The notes beneath the pieces are model-generated. The model did no database searches. It was not told the origin of the DNA and was given only the letters and a program-made list of their open reading frames with translations. The position numbers were made by a program, and so were the translations under genes. Of a DNA stretch of 64,000 bases, positions 11,831 through 24,568 are shown one piece after another. Origin of the DNA: Psammoneis japonica (Eukaryota); assembly GCA_008632985.1 (NCBI GenBank), contig QPGO01000033.1, forward strand, positions 496,001-560,000. The letters run 5' to 3'. The first letter of the stretch is position 1. The number at the start of each line of letters is the position of its first letter.

Positions 11831-13454
11831 CTACAAGAGATCGTCTTCATCTTCATCCTCGGAACCAATTTGGAAGTTACCGACGGTGTCGATTAGGACA
11901 GCGTCAGACTCTACATCTGTTGTTGCTCCTGGAGGCGTCTTGTCTTCTGGACTGTTGGGCGTCAATAAATCCGTTGGCGGTACTGGAACAGGGGCAGCAG
12001 TTGAGGCTGTATCGGCAGTCTGTGTTGGCGGCTGCTCAAAGTCCACCACTTCAGTTTCATCCGCAGGTTTGGATTCACTTCCGTCCCGTTTAACCGGAGA
12101 CTTCATTTTGTTCCAGACGTTACCAGCATTTCCAAGCATGTTTCCTGCAAATCCTCCCAAGGCGGCTGTGGTTTTGCCTGGCGGAGTATCGGCAACCTGA
12201 GCCTTCATGGCCGCACGCCGTTCCCTGCGTTCCAAATTCGTTTGGTACTTTACTCGGAGACGGCCTGCAATGGATCTCAATTCTTCCACAGTCTTGGGAC
12301 CTGCTCCCAACAAGTCATCTCTTACTCGGGTTTCAGTTCGTTCTAATATCTCGGGAAAGTCAAACACAGTAACCTAAAGATAATGAATATGAGGAAGAGA
12401 CATGAGTACTATTTCGCGAAACACATGCATCATGCACGCTCAACGGCTCAACTCACATTTCCTTTGTCTTCTCCGTGCAAACTAGTTGATTTGCACGGTT
12501 CATAGCCTGGAATCTTCCGTTCTCTTCCCATTTCAACCACAACGTCGGCAATCATCATCATACATATCTCTTGCAATGCCAAAATCGCGTAGGGGTCGCC
12601 AAACATGCGCCAGAAGGGTTTCTGTGAAAGCAACGCGTCCATCTTGTCGACTGATTTTGAAAACATGAGGAATTTTGCCATCATATCAACCACGTTGATA
12701 CCCGTAATGCCAAAGGGTAAAATGGCGGCATCGCCATTGCCGTAAAACCGCGCCACCACGGTAGGGCAGCTCTCCACAAGATACACAAGCAAGGCTAAAC
12801 TAAGCACACCGCCACTCCGAAAATCCGTTACGGGATCTTTCTGTTGAAACCCGAGTCGATCCACCCAGTACTCGTGAGGGACAGGTGGTAGTCCCTTGTC
12901 ATCCAAAAGCGTTGGAATGGAGTGGTCTGGCGTAGCCATCAAATCTTGAGGATTTCTTTGATGCGGCATGATCGCTCCATTGATCCAGAGGCGCGTAATC
13001 AAATTATCGTAACTAATCACCATTTTTCCCGTGTCTTCAATTCCCTGTTCCCACCACTGATTACAAAATGATGACAATAATAACTGAGAAAAGGAAAAGG
13101 CACATAAAAACATAGCCACAAAGATGTTTCTTACCGGCATGTGTAGGACTGCTTTTGCGCAGCAGTTCCTCCATAAGGCCTCGACAATCGCAAGCCCGGT
13201 TTGCATTTTGTGTGTAAGAGTTGCCGATACATGAGAACCTGAGATGCCACGGTTTTATCCGGTAAAGTGTACTTTGGTTGAGTCAAGTGTTGAAGTGTGG
13301 CTTTGGGTAGGAGATTTCCAATCGCTCGACCGGTATCGGCTGTGAATCGAAGTGCCGCTTGCGTTGCTTTCTGAACATTTTCAGAACCAGGAGAAGAGGC
13401 TGACGCTGCCGACGATGATTCAGTGTTGTTGTCTCCGCTGGTAGAATTCGCCAT
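11831..13454 (-). CDS. ELMO/CED-12 domain protein (ELMOD-like); 3 exons; start uncertain (frame open to 13916); apparent 1-nt deletion at ~13154
   Basis: WVDRLGFQQKDPVTDFRSGGVLSL and PFGITGINV ELMO motifs; GT-AG introns at ~13134 and ~12457. Confidence 0.85.
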
Positions 13455-14419
13455 GGCTGCCGTCAAATTGGTTCTTCGATACAATGTCGATGACAAAAAA
13501 TGTTGCGTTGAATGACTTGTAGCGGCTGTTGTTGCTGTGTCTTGAACTTTGTCTGGCAGAGCTCCCAAGCGAGATGCGTCAATGTCGGTCCTCCCGGCGT
13601 CGTCGTCCAATGGCGGCGTCAAGCACGAGGAGAATGGAGCCGTCGATTGACAAATAGATGTCGTCTCGATACCGCCACCACAGCTGAAAAAGTCTTGATA
13701 ATGTGAGAGAACTCCCGCAAAGTCAAACGAATCGTAATCGTCGTCAATCTGGGTTTCTGCACGATTGTTGCTCGGAACCGGGACAGTGTGCCTTACAATC
13801 CTTTGCGGTTTCTTTCGGTTGTTCCTTGCTTGCTTGATGCTGCTGTTGAAGACTACTTTCACCCAAATTGACCGCAATTGTTTTGGAAGAAGGGGCTGAA
13901 GGATCAATTTCGCCAATCTTGACTCTGCCGGTGTTTTACCCAGCGATTTCGGTATTCGTTATTATCTGTCTGAACTCAGCAAATGAAACACGCTCGTCCT
14001 CCTTCTTATGCTTTCCTTTTATCGGTATGATCCATTTACAGTGTCAGAACGGGTTGAGTAACAATGGCAGGGAGAAAGAATAAGACTCTCTCTATCGTGT
14101 ACAGTGTGCCATGGAGCGAGATGCTGAGAAAAATGACTGATTTTGGGCCGATTTCTGAAATCTCTAGCGTTTGGTTTCACCAAATTTCGCGTTAAAAATC
14201 ATCAAATATCGAGAATAACATTGATGAGGAGTTTCTCGATCTTTGCTAGAGTCTACGGTAATTTGATTCAGATACATTTGCTATCACCAACTCATTGTCT
14301 GCTACGTCTGATTGTACGTAAATGAGACTCATAAATAGTTCTCCAGCTCTCTAAGGAGTACGATAGACAGTAATCTAATATCCTCGTTCTGCCAAACCTA
14401 CCGGTGCTTCATTCCGTTT

Positions 14420-15679
14420 TTACATCCAACAGTCCGAGTCGCTTTTCAACAGCTTGCAATTGTACCCTTCTCTTGTAGGATTCTGTGCGAGATCGCTTTG
14501 GTTTCGGTTTTGAGATTGGCTTTTGAGCCACAACGACGGGTGGTACTTGAACTTTTTGCTTTTGGTGCCACGGTTTCCTTGTCGCTGCTGGGCGGACTCT
14601 GCAACTTTGCGTTTCAACTCTCGGCTTCCAATCACCTCGTGGTTTGACGGGTTCAGTCGATGACCCATATCCGCCAAAGGAAAGCCACCATCGTCCAAAA
14701 TGATCCCCCGACTCAAGTATTCTAATCGTTGTCGTTCAATATCTGCCATGACTTGATAAAACTTTGGACTGTGGTTTTGTATCTCAATGTGCGCTAGCTC
14801 GTGCGCCATTGTCGCAACAAGCTCTTGGTAGGGGTAAAAGAAGGAGCCGTTTGTACAAGAAGGCCGAAGACGAATATGAATTCCAGCAGCGGTTCTACCG
14901 TTCCCATTCGAGACACAATATCCCAACGTGTTGTGCCTCTGTGTTCGCGACGTTTGCCGCGCAAGAGTCTCATCCCCGTCACCGCAACAGCACATTTCCG
15001 TCAGAGCCAATACCGTCCAAGCTCTTGCTTTCAATACTGGTTCAAATTCGTTTGCAAGCTGTTGTAGAATCCGCTGTGCTTCATCGGCCATTGGCAAGTG
15101 CGGAATGCTGGCAATGTTGTGTATTGTGCCGCCGGAAGAAAACGAGGGAGTGATAGCATCATCACTTGTTTGAACTAGTTGATGGCCTCCGCATTCCTGA
15201 CAACCGCTTGTCTTATGCCCATATATATTAAATCCTCCGAATTGTGAGTCTCGGTCTTCGTCCCATTTTACTCGATCTTCCAACGTGCCTTTTCGAATTT
15301 GTTCTTTCGAAGAAGCATCAGGAGTGTCAGTCGTGGGTGTATGTTCTTTAGATGAATCATGCTGATGAGGTACTTCTTTGACGTTGTCAGAGGCACTATC
15401 ATGGATCACCTTCATATCAGTTTCGTTTGCTTTGGTCGATGCTTGCCGCGTCGCTACTGCGGTTTTTGGACGACTTCGTTGTTGACGCGACTGAGCAGCC
15501 AACGCGGCACGTCGTTGTACATCTCGTTCTTGCTCGAGTGACGGTTTAGAAGCTGATGAAATCAAAGAGTTCACATGGATCCACAGATAGCGTGCAGTAA
15601 GGAAGGCAATCGTAGCTAAAGCTATAGCGAGAAACAAAGGCATCGTCTCTCCTTCATCAAGCGTCATGGTGTCGGACAT
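14420..15679 (-). CDS. WLM-domain (Wss1-like) zinc metalloprotease with N-terminal TM
   Basis: WTVLALTEM..LGYC..IHIRLR..TMAHELAHIEIQNHSPKFY. Confidence 0.85.
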   Translation of the reverse strand: MSDTMTLDEGETMPLFLAIALATIAFLTARYLWIHVNSLISSASKPSLEQERDVQRRAALAAQSRQQRSRPKTAVATRQASTKANETDMKVIHDSASDNVKEVPHQHDSSKEHTPTTDTPDASSKEQIRKGTLEDRVKWDEDRDSQFGGFNIYGHKTSGCQECGGHQLVQTSDDAITPSFSSGGTIHNIASIPHLPMADEAQRILQQLANEFEPVLKARAWTVLALTEMCCCGDGDETLARQTSRTQRHNTLGYCVSNGNGRTAAGIHIRLRPSCTNGSFFYPYQELVATMAHELAHIEIQNHSPKFYQVMADIERQRLEYLSRGIILDDGGFPLADMGHRLNPSNHEVIGSRELKRKVAESAQQRQGNRGTKSKKFKYHPSLWLKSQSQNRNQSDLAQNPTREGYNCKLLKSDSDCWM

Positions 15680-15977
15680 TTTTTTTGTTTCACTGCGCAC
15701 TCTCGAAAATGTGAAGTCAGGTATGGGCTTGTGTGCTCTACGACTGCTGACGTGGCGCGACGTCGGAGGGAGAAAATTGAAAATTGAAATTTTGTTCTGC
15801 GTTTTTGCCGCTCAACGCATCCAACGCAAGAATCAAGGTAACGCTCACGACTTGTTCTCCGCGCATTGCTGCGATCGGCGGTCGTGCTTTGTTGAAGGAT
15901 TTGGACTGGTCTCTACCATAAATTTTCAAACATACACAAGCATATTATAACAGTCAGTTCCTTTCTTACAAATTACC

Positions 15978-17067
15978 ATGGGTTGCTCTTGCTGCTTTAT
16001 GCTTATAGCAATCGTTTTCGTCGCAGTTGGCGCTCTTGTTGCCGGCCTTTACTTTGGCGTAATTGATAAAGACGATGTGACCTCGTTTGTTGACACGAGT
16101 GAGTGTATTCTCGTATTTTCATGCCGTTTGCTGTTTTCGGAACTCTGTCTCTCATACCAACATCATTTTTGTTACGGTGAAATAGCACAAGACTTCTTTG
16201 ATGATATTTTAAACACAGACCCTTTCTCTGGTGGGTATGGATACAACGGAACTCTTTACTTGTGGAGTGGGACTGACGGGAAGGGTGGTTTGGAACTGGA
16301 ATTGTTGAATGCACTAACGGACGATTGGCAACCATTCTTTGACCAGGCTGTACAGGATTGGAATGGTGGCACACCCGATGCCTTGACCTTGACCACATCT
16401 CGCATTCCTGCCGAAAAGGAGTGTTCGCACGAGGACGACAAAATGAAGGTTTGTAATGGTGATTATGGAAAGACTGGATGGCGAGGGATTAATAAATTCG
16501 TCACGCAAAACAATCAGATTGTTTCCAGTGTGGCAAAGATGAACGAATATTATTTATTGCAAGAAGGTAATTTATACAAGCAGTACACAATGTGCCACGG
16601 TGAGTTTTGTTGTTTGTGATATTGAGAATCGCATTGTCGATTTCTCACACCTATTCCTATACGTACGCTTTCCCTCGAAAGAAATCGGGCACGGCTTTGG
16701 GCTTCCCCACACGGATGAAAACTTTAATAACCCTCCTTTAGGGGATTGTCTGGACTATACCGAAATCCAAATAGCGTTCAATGTCGAACCTGGGCAAGTC
16801 AACTACGACAAACTAGCCAACGCATATGGAGTTGTGGGTAGCCAAAGAGTCCGTCGCCGGGCGGCTAATCGCAATAGCAAAACAAAGATACCAGCTTGGG
16901 TACAGGAGGTGCTCGCGGAAAAGACGGATTATCTGGAATCTGATTTAGAGAATGCGCATGAAGTGGGGTGGGTCAAGTCACATGGAAGCCACCTTGGAGA
17001 GCACCACACTATTGACTTGGGTGACGGCTTTAGCGTCCACGCGGGCGTACTTCTGGCTCCAAACTAG
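15978..17067 (+). CDS. Membrane-anchored metzincin (matrixin-like) metalloprotease; 3 exons
   Basis: Splicing at 16599/16682 gives MCHEIGHGFGLPH (HExxHxxGxxH), followed by CLDYT; N-terminal TM. Confidence 0.85.
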
Positions 17068-17746
17068 CGCATGGGATCTGATCCATCACTTTGTCGTTGA
17101 CGTCCTTGGTGCTAGTAGCAGCGAGCTACTCGGCAATGCAGTAGCCTCGAATTGGTTAAACTTTGGCACGTGTAACGATGACATGTGGTGGACTTGAGAG
17201 AAACAATCTTGGAGCATTATCACTTCGCTTCAGGAAATGGTTCATGACGGCGTTGCCTCTTTCAACAATGTAATAATTTAATGTATTTCCAAGAGGCACA
17301 AATATTAATGATGCCATACAATACAGTTACTTAGCAGCGGGATCTTTCAGGTGTCTGCACACTGCCATTCTCGTTCTCGAAACTTGCGTGCGAGGCGGGA
17401 GGTCAACCAAAGTTGCAACTAGCATTTTGACCGCATGGTGCCGTGCTACTTGTCGATTCCACTATCTAGAGCGACAATTGCTAAGAAACTATTGCTTGCT
17501 ACCGTTGCTTATGAACTATTTAAAATATAGGAGTACTCTCTACTAGCTAGAGTCTGGCTAAAGTATTAGACTAGAGAGTAGTATGTGGCAGCTGTTGACA
17601 GCTGTTGGACCGTGTCGTTCTGAACACAACACACGACTGACCCCCGCATTGGTGCCAGTCAAGTGGCGTCTTGTTGCGTGTGATGAGTGCTGATTCCGGC
17701 GATTCTGACAACATGGGGGTGATGCGGCGCGCAAAAAAGCCACCAT

Positions 17747-17898
17747 TGACGTCAGATTCACCGACTAAATAAATAGCGACTTCCTTTGTTTGAATTGCCA
17801 CGTGGATGACGTGGCCGTATCTCTACTGCGGACATACCAGCACACAAAAAGCGCCTATTTTGCCGACACCTTTCCCGCCAACACGGTGACAACGTGGC
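17747..17898 (+). promoter_or_regulatory. Cluster of ACGT-core (bZIP-type) elements upstream of the Psb34-like gene
   Basis: TGACGTCA 17747, GCCACGTGG 17797, TGACGTGGC 17807, AACGTGGC 17891. Confidence 0.4.
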
Positions 17899-17996
17899 TG
17901 AGAAGAGGTTGCGAACGCCTTGAGTGACCACCCACAACTTCTCACAATTTTCAATTCCTCGATCTTCCGAACTTACCACCAAAACACAACAAAATC

Positions 17997-18429
17997 ATGT
18001 CTCGCCTTAGCCTCGTCGCCGCCCTTGTTGCTGTTAGCTCTGTCAATGCTTCACAGGTACGTCGTTGTTCAGGGAATCGGTTTCCCCATGTCCTTCCCTG
18101 TTACAGCCCGGTAATTGCTCACCCTTTATTGTTTCGACTATACTTCCGCTACAGCCCCATCCACAAGCCAAATGCCTGCCTTCTCTCGCGGAGCTGCTTT
18201 GCCCATGACTGATGAAACTAATTCGAATATCCCCCAAGTTGAGCGCGGTGTGTCAATTGACCAAGACGGAAAGTCAAATGTGTGGGCTATTGAACCCCGT
18301 GAAGAACTATCAACAAAGAGCACAGAGGAGAAGACGCAGTCTGCCTTGATTGCCGCTGGTGGAGTGGTCGGTTTTGCTGCCGTTGCTGCTGGTGTCTTGG
18401 CGAACCTCCCCGATGTCAACCAATTTTAA
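17997..18429 (+). CDS. Small plastid-targeted single-TM protein, Psb34/Ssl1498-like; 2 exons; apparent 1-nt deletion at ~18050
   Basis: Restoring one T gives signal peptide VNA-FTAP. DQDGKSNVWAIEP plus a C-terminal TM resembles the cyanobacterial D..G..N..AIEP family. Confidence 0.65.
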
Positions 18430-18744
18430 GTTACAAAGTAATACATGTCTATAGATTCTGAAAGCTACAAATACTTTTGAGTTCTTCCTGCTGTGTGTGT
18501 GTTTGTGCTTAGTGCTTGTCTGTGATTTGATGTTCTGTACTGGAGAGGATATAAATGGTTTCTGGGCGTTGCTTCCTATTCGAAATGAAGTTGAGCCAAA
18601 ATTGCTCAGCGGTCTCTTTCGGAGTTGAACGTCAACCGTGTAGTATGGGTCTGCGAGGAAACGATGCCGAACACATAGCAATATTTCAGAGGTTACTTAA
18701 AAGTTTAAACTGTGGGTTAAATAATCATCGAGTGCACATATCTT

Positions 18745-20179
18745 TTAAGCCTCTTGCTTGGACGCTTCCTGTGTCGGAGCCTTAGCGAACCTGTTTAGTA
18801 GCGAGGATATGGGAATGCGAACTTGTGAGGAGAGTCGATTCAATCGTCGCAGCATCTATAACAACACACGAGCAGATATACTTACATCGTAGTGTATGGA
18901 TCGTATTCTTGCCCTTCAATTGCAATCTTGTTGTAGTGCTCCTGGAGCGTCATGGTACCAAACTTCTCGTCAGGGTCGGTTGTTAGCATATCTTCTACAG
19001 CATAGTATTTCCCAATGCGACCAAGTTCTGCAGCGTTTTCCAGACCCTCGTTATTAAATGTGTCTGCCATCCATTGGAGAGAGTTAATGATTGCGTCAAA
19101 GAGCCATAGTGGAGCATAAAAGAAGTTTGGTTCCTTGCCGACGGCAGCGTACAACATCTGTATGAAGCCATGGGAACGTCGTTACAAATGAGGAATGCAA
19201 ATATTCTGCAATGAATGAAAACAAGACGAACCTACCTCTCCTTGTTTCTTCATTGTCAGCGGTTCGTCGGGTCCTCCAAGATTGATAATTTTGTTCTCTC
19301 GCGACTTGTCTACAATGGAATCAATGAGGTACGTCGCCAAATCCGCTTCTGAAATTGGATTGCATCTCGTCACCTCGCCATCCCCAAACATGACAAAGGG
19401 AGCGCCAGCCTGCACGACCTCGAGCTGTCCTGATACAGACTTGAAAAATGCGGTAGGTCGTACAATTGTATAGGTCATGTCCTTTTGCTCCTCAAGTGCG
19501 GCTTCAAATTTGAGCTTAGCCTGTTGGAATTGCAACCACGGGTTCTTGACGCAAAAGGCACTCAACAACACAAAGTGCCGTGCACCGACTTCCCGACCAG
19601 ACTCTAAGCAGTTCAAGGTAGCCTGATAATCAATGGCATACGCATCCTTTTTGATTCCTGATCGGGAGGCCAAGCACGAAATGACAGATTCAATCTTCCC
19701 GTCTTTTTCTGTGATTTCCTCGAAAGTCTATCGGTTAAAAGGCAAACAAAGATTACAATCAACGAATCAGCAAAAGCCTGTACAATTCGACGAAAATGCG
19801 CAAAAATATACCTTTTACCCACCTTTGTCAATTGAGCTGGATCAGTCACGTCGCACTGCACGACGTCTGCGCCTTCGAACGAGGTCCCGTAAAGCATTTT
19901 GCCCTCTGACGAGTTAACCTTATCTAAATCACGCACAAGAGCAATTGTTTTGTAGCCTTGACGAACCGATTCTCTAACGACAGCCTTTCCAATGTATCCC
20001 GTCGCACCCGCAATAACATTGGTTTTGCCCTTTCCCACCGAGGTGGTTTCAATCGATGACATTTTCAGAGCAGTTCTGCTGCCACCCGAGTGTAGAACTC
20101 CAAAGGATGACACCGACGAAGGTCCCAAGGCCATCAGAGACCATACAAGGGTAACGGCCGAACAACAAAGCGATCTCAT
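18745..20179 (-). CDS. DVR: NADPH-dependent divinyl (proto)chlorophyllide 8-vinyl reductase, copy 1; 4 exons
   Basis: [53 protein letters not shown]; final exon [15 protein letters not shown]. Confidence 0.92.
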
Positions 20180-20565
20180 GGCTTTCCTTTCGCGAAATGA
20201 GTGGCGCATTCGGTCGGAGGGAGGATTTCCAGATTGAGCGCAAGTTGAAGTTGCACACGGATCATAATTCAGTCGAATGATTCAGCTGATCCAATTTTTG
20301 GTCCTGCACTATTCCTCGTGGGCGAGTCAGTCGGAGGTGTGGACAGTCTAAACTACATTACTTCCTTTCTTGTCTATCGTACGATTTATCTTTGCGTGTA
20401 AGTAGATACTCTCGAAGAATCTCTACTCCTCTCTACGGAACAATAACAATACCAAGGAAACGACAAATGAATGGCAGTAGTTCTAAGTTTCGCGCCATGA
20501 CGGTACCAAAGCCGTCTGTCACTTTGGTATATATCATACTTTCTATCGGCACAAATCACTTAATA

Positions 20566-21963
20566 CTATACAACTTCTTGAGAAACGGCCATCAATCCCA
20601 GTCTATGAATTGAACGTGAGGCACGGATGGAGTTAGGCAAGCCAAAACAAAACCAAAACCGCGTCATACGTAAAAACTTACACTGAAGTGTACGGGTCAT
20701 ATTCTTGCCCTTCTTTGGCAATCTTGTTAAAGTGCTCTTGTAGTGTTATTGTTCCAAACTTTTCTCGCGAGTCGGTCGTCACCATGTCCTCAACCGCGTA
20801 GAACTTGCCAATTCGTGCGAGCTCGGCAGCATTTTCTAGGCTCTCGTTCTTTAGTACGTCCGCCCACCACTGCAAAGAGTTTATAATGACATCAAAAAGC
20901 CAAATCGGTGCACAAAAATACTTTGGTGTCATGCCGATAGCCTTGTACAGCATCTGTTGAGTAGGAGATTGAAACATCGGATGATAAGTGCAGTTCGAGA
21001 CGTAAACGGGAAAGCAACAACGAACACTAGGCAACATCAAAAACTCACCTCTCCTTGCTTCTTCTTTGTTAGAGGCTCGTCTGGCCCACCCAAGTTGATG
21101 ATTTGATTTTCCCTCGTCTTGTCCCTTATGGAATCAATCAGGTAAGTTGCCAAATCAAACTCAGAAATGGGATTGCATTTCGTCACTTCCCCATTTCCAA
21201 ACATGATAAAGGGTGACCCAGACTGGATCATTTCTAGTTGTCCTGAAACGGATTTGAAAAATGCAGTCGGTCGCACAATGGTCCAAGACAAGTCGTTTTG
21301 AGCCTGTAGCGCAGCCTCGAACTTGAGCTTTGCTCGTTGGAATTGTAGCATCGGGGTCCTGACACAAAATGCACTCAGTAACACAAAATGGCGGGCACCA
21401 GCAGTACGAGCAGACTCCAAGCAGTTTAGTGTTGCTTGATAGTCTACATTATAAGCATCCTTTTTGATTCCGGATCGAGATGCCAAGCACGAAACTATCG
21501 ATTCGATTTCGCCCTCCTTTTGTGCAATCTCTTGAAGAGTCTGCGGCAAGAAATGTGAATGGTTAGGGCGCACTGTACGGATGATCAAAGACTTAAAACG
21601 CACCATGAGGTTTTGTGGAGAACGTACCTTTGTCAGCTGATCTGGATCGGTAACATCACAAGCAACAACATTCGCCCCTTCAAAGAACGAGCCGTACTGC
21701 GCCTTTGCCTCCGACGAAGTTACCTTGCTCACGTCCCTTACGAGAGCAAAAGTTTTATAACCCTGTCGAACAGACTCCTTCACAACAGCCTTTCCAATGT
21801 ATCCCGTAGCACCGGCAATGACGGTTGTCTTTCCGTTTCCAGCACTGAATGCTGACATTTTTAGCGCAGCATTTTTCCGAAACGGAGGAGGAACACTCCC
21901 AAACGCCGACACAACGGATAGAGTCCCTAGAAAAACAAAAATGGGAGAGAAAATAGATCTCAT
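20566..21963 (-). CDS. DVR: NADPH-dependent 8-vinyl reductase, tandem copy 2; 4 exons
   Basis: Same motifs and intron positions as copy 1; VSA-FG plastid presequence; final exon [12 protein letters not shown]. Confidence 0.92.
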
Positions 21964-22851
21964 GGCTCGTCTTTTTGGAAAAGGAAACTATTTCTTTTCA
22001 AGTGCAGAGGCTTTTTGGATAGATATAATAACGTCGATACCGTACTTTGTTGAGAATAAAAGAAGAATGAGTCGGATTTCTCAATCTTCGAACTTGAAGT
22101 CCGACTGCGTATCATTCGTGACGCGTGTTCGTGCGTAGCGAGTCGAATGAGTCAAAGATTCCCCATTCCCTACAACGCCAGTCCTTCAACCGTCCATTCA
22201 TTCACGAACGCTAAGGTAGGCCCAATCCTCCTCTCCTCTCCGCTCCGCCTCTATGGATACTACTAGAGTCTAGCTACTTCTAGCTATCCACAACTTACGG
22301 CTTCACTGCGCTTCTTTGCTGTCATGGTCGAACATTACAAGAAATCTTTTGCTTCACACAGAACCACAAAGAGCCAGAGCACAAAAGAGAACACCCAAGA
22401 AAGAAGAAAGTGGGAGCAAGAAGAAAAAATGTTGTAGAGTGCGCATTTGACAGGGCACTACGACCACAAGCAAAACTAATCCTTTTGCCTTTATGTTGAG
22501 GCAAGCTCTTGACATCAATCGTGCATGATTTGAAGTCTTGGATAGAGACAAGTCGCGCTGGTGATTGGTCGCGGGTCATGGCCACCAAACTGGAAACAAT
22601 CCAACCAACACAGTATCCGATGTACGTGATTTGTACATATGACAGTTCTGGTATCGCGCGTAGGTACGAACGTTCTTTCAAAAACTATTAGAATATGAAA
22701 GATTGTATAAATTCATTATCGGGCATGTGCGATTAGAAGCCGAGAAGATTTACAGGATTTCTGGTACAGTTTCTACGTGTGTTGGCATTTTGGTAGACGC
22801 CAGCGACCAACACGCACACAAAAACCGAGCGCACCTCGACGAAGCAGCACC

Positions 22852-24219
22852 ATGAAGCAGGGCAACGTTGTCGATCCCTGCGTCGCAGTGAACGCTCTTG
22901 GTCTAGAATACCAGGAGTTCTCCTGCCTTTATCCTACGTTGGGGCAAACATATTTCGAGTGAGTACAGCGCCTGATGAAGCTGCGAAGTTTCCGCATTGC
23001 TGTTCGTGTTTCGTTGCGAAATTATCAAGTTTGTTTTCATGTATTCGTGTATGTATTTGTGCATTCAACTCAACGGAAAATTCTACGTACAATTCTACGT
23101 GACCGTCTGCCAGCGGTGTGTTTGCGCTCACGCAATGATGCTTTTTTATTTGCTTTCACAGGGCAGAGAAGGAATATAACCCTCTCCCTGTTCTAAACTG
23201 GATGCGTTCCCATCCTGTGTTTCCGCTTGTGACAGTGGCTCTCTATGCTGCCTTGATCTTTTCGGGACAGAAGCTTATGAAAAAGCAGGATGCCTGGAAG
23301 TGGCGCAAAGCATTGGTATGTTTCGGCTTTTTCTGGATGATCTGTTGTTTGAATCTCGGTGTAGCTCATGTATGAATTCTTTGCTTCACGTGCCAGGCGG
23401 TTTGGAACCTAATGCTTTCTCTATTTTCGACTATTGGGATGTTCCGCACTCTTCCGCAACTTGTGCACAACCTATCAACCATGTCTCTCAGGGATAACCT
23501 ATGCGAGGACCCTCGCAGATCCTACGGCTCTGGTTCCACTGGTCTTTGGGTGCAGCTCTTCATCCTTAGCAAATTTCCGTACGTATGATGTGACCGATCT
23601 ACCTATGAAGTGCTGGATTTTGTTGAGGATTTGTAAAACTCACACTTTTTTGCATGTTGCTTTCCTACCGAAGTGAGCTGTTTGATACTTTCTTCATCGT
23701 GATTCACAAGAAGCCCCTTATTTTCCTTCACTGGTATCATCACATTACGGTTTTGCTCTACTGCTGGCATTCTTATGTGACTCTGTCACCTCCTGGTATT
23801 TTCTTTGTGGTGATGAACTACTCGGTACACGCCAGCATGTACGGGTACTACTTTTTGATGGCCATGAGGTGGCGCCCAAAGTGGTTTAATCCCATCATTA
23901 TCACTGCCTTTCAGATTTCACAAATGATTGTTGGTGTTGTCGTTACGTTGGTCGGATTTTATTATTACCAAAAAGACGAGACGTGCAACATCGAAAGAGA
24001 AAACAACACTGCCGCCTTTCTCATGTACGTTAGAACTGGTGTAGTTCAGTGACACGACTTTAACGCTACTCAATTGTCCTCACATTCTGTTTTTCTTTCC
24101 TATTATAAAGGTATGGGTCCTACTTGTTTTTATTCTTGCAGTTCTTTATTGGGCGTTACTACCAGGGACAGGTCAAAGTTACGCCCCGTTCGCCTTCGAG
24201 GAAAAAGAAAATCGTTTAA
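22852..24219 (+). CDS. ELO/GNS1 fatty-acid elongase (ELOVL6/delta-0 type); multi-exon
   Basis: GSTGLWVQLFILSK, ELFDTFFIVIHKKPLIFLHWYHH, MNYSVHASMYGYY, QISQM; C-terminal KKKIV ER-retrieval signal. Confidence 0.92.
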
Positions 24220-24568
24220 AAAGCCGGTGTACGTTCAGCAAGCGCGTCTTGGGTCTGCAACGTTCACTTATCTTTCATCGTGACCTATGAATCATCGGCA
24301 CGTACTGTAATCGCCAACTGTTAAATAAAAGTGTACCATACCTTAAACGCCCTTGTATATTTTTTGCGAGTTGTATTCAACACCGGCAACCACGCGGAGA
24401 GCGAAGAATTATGAGGTAACAGGAGAAATATTCCTAAAACTCAATCGAAAACTTGGGCGAACATTACAGTGGGGCACATCGCCACTCCCCAGAAAAGTAA
24501 AACGGCTGGATTGTTACCAGCAATACCTACCGGTATTATTTGTCTGTTAACCTTTATGCAGAAGTAGT

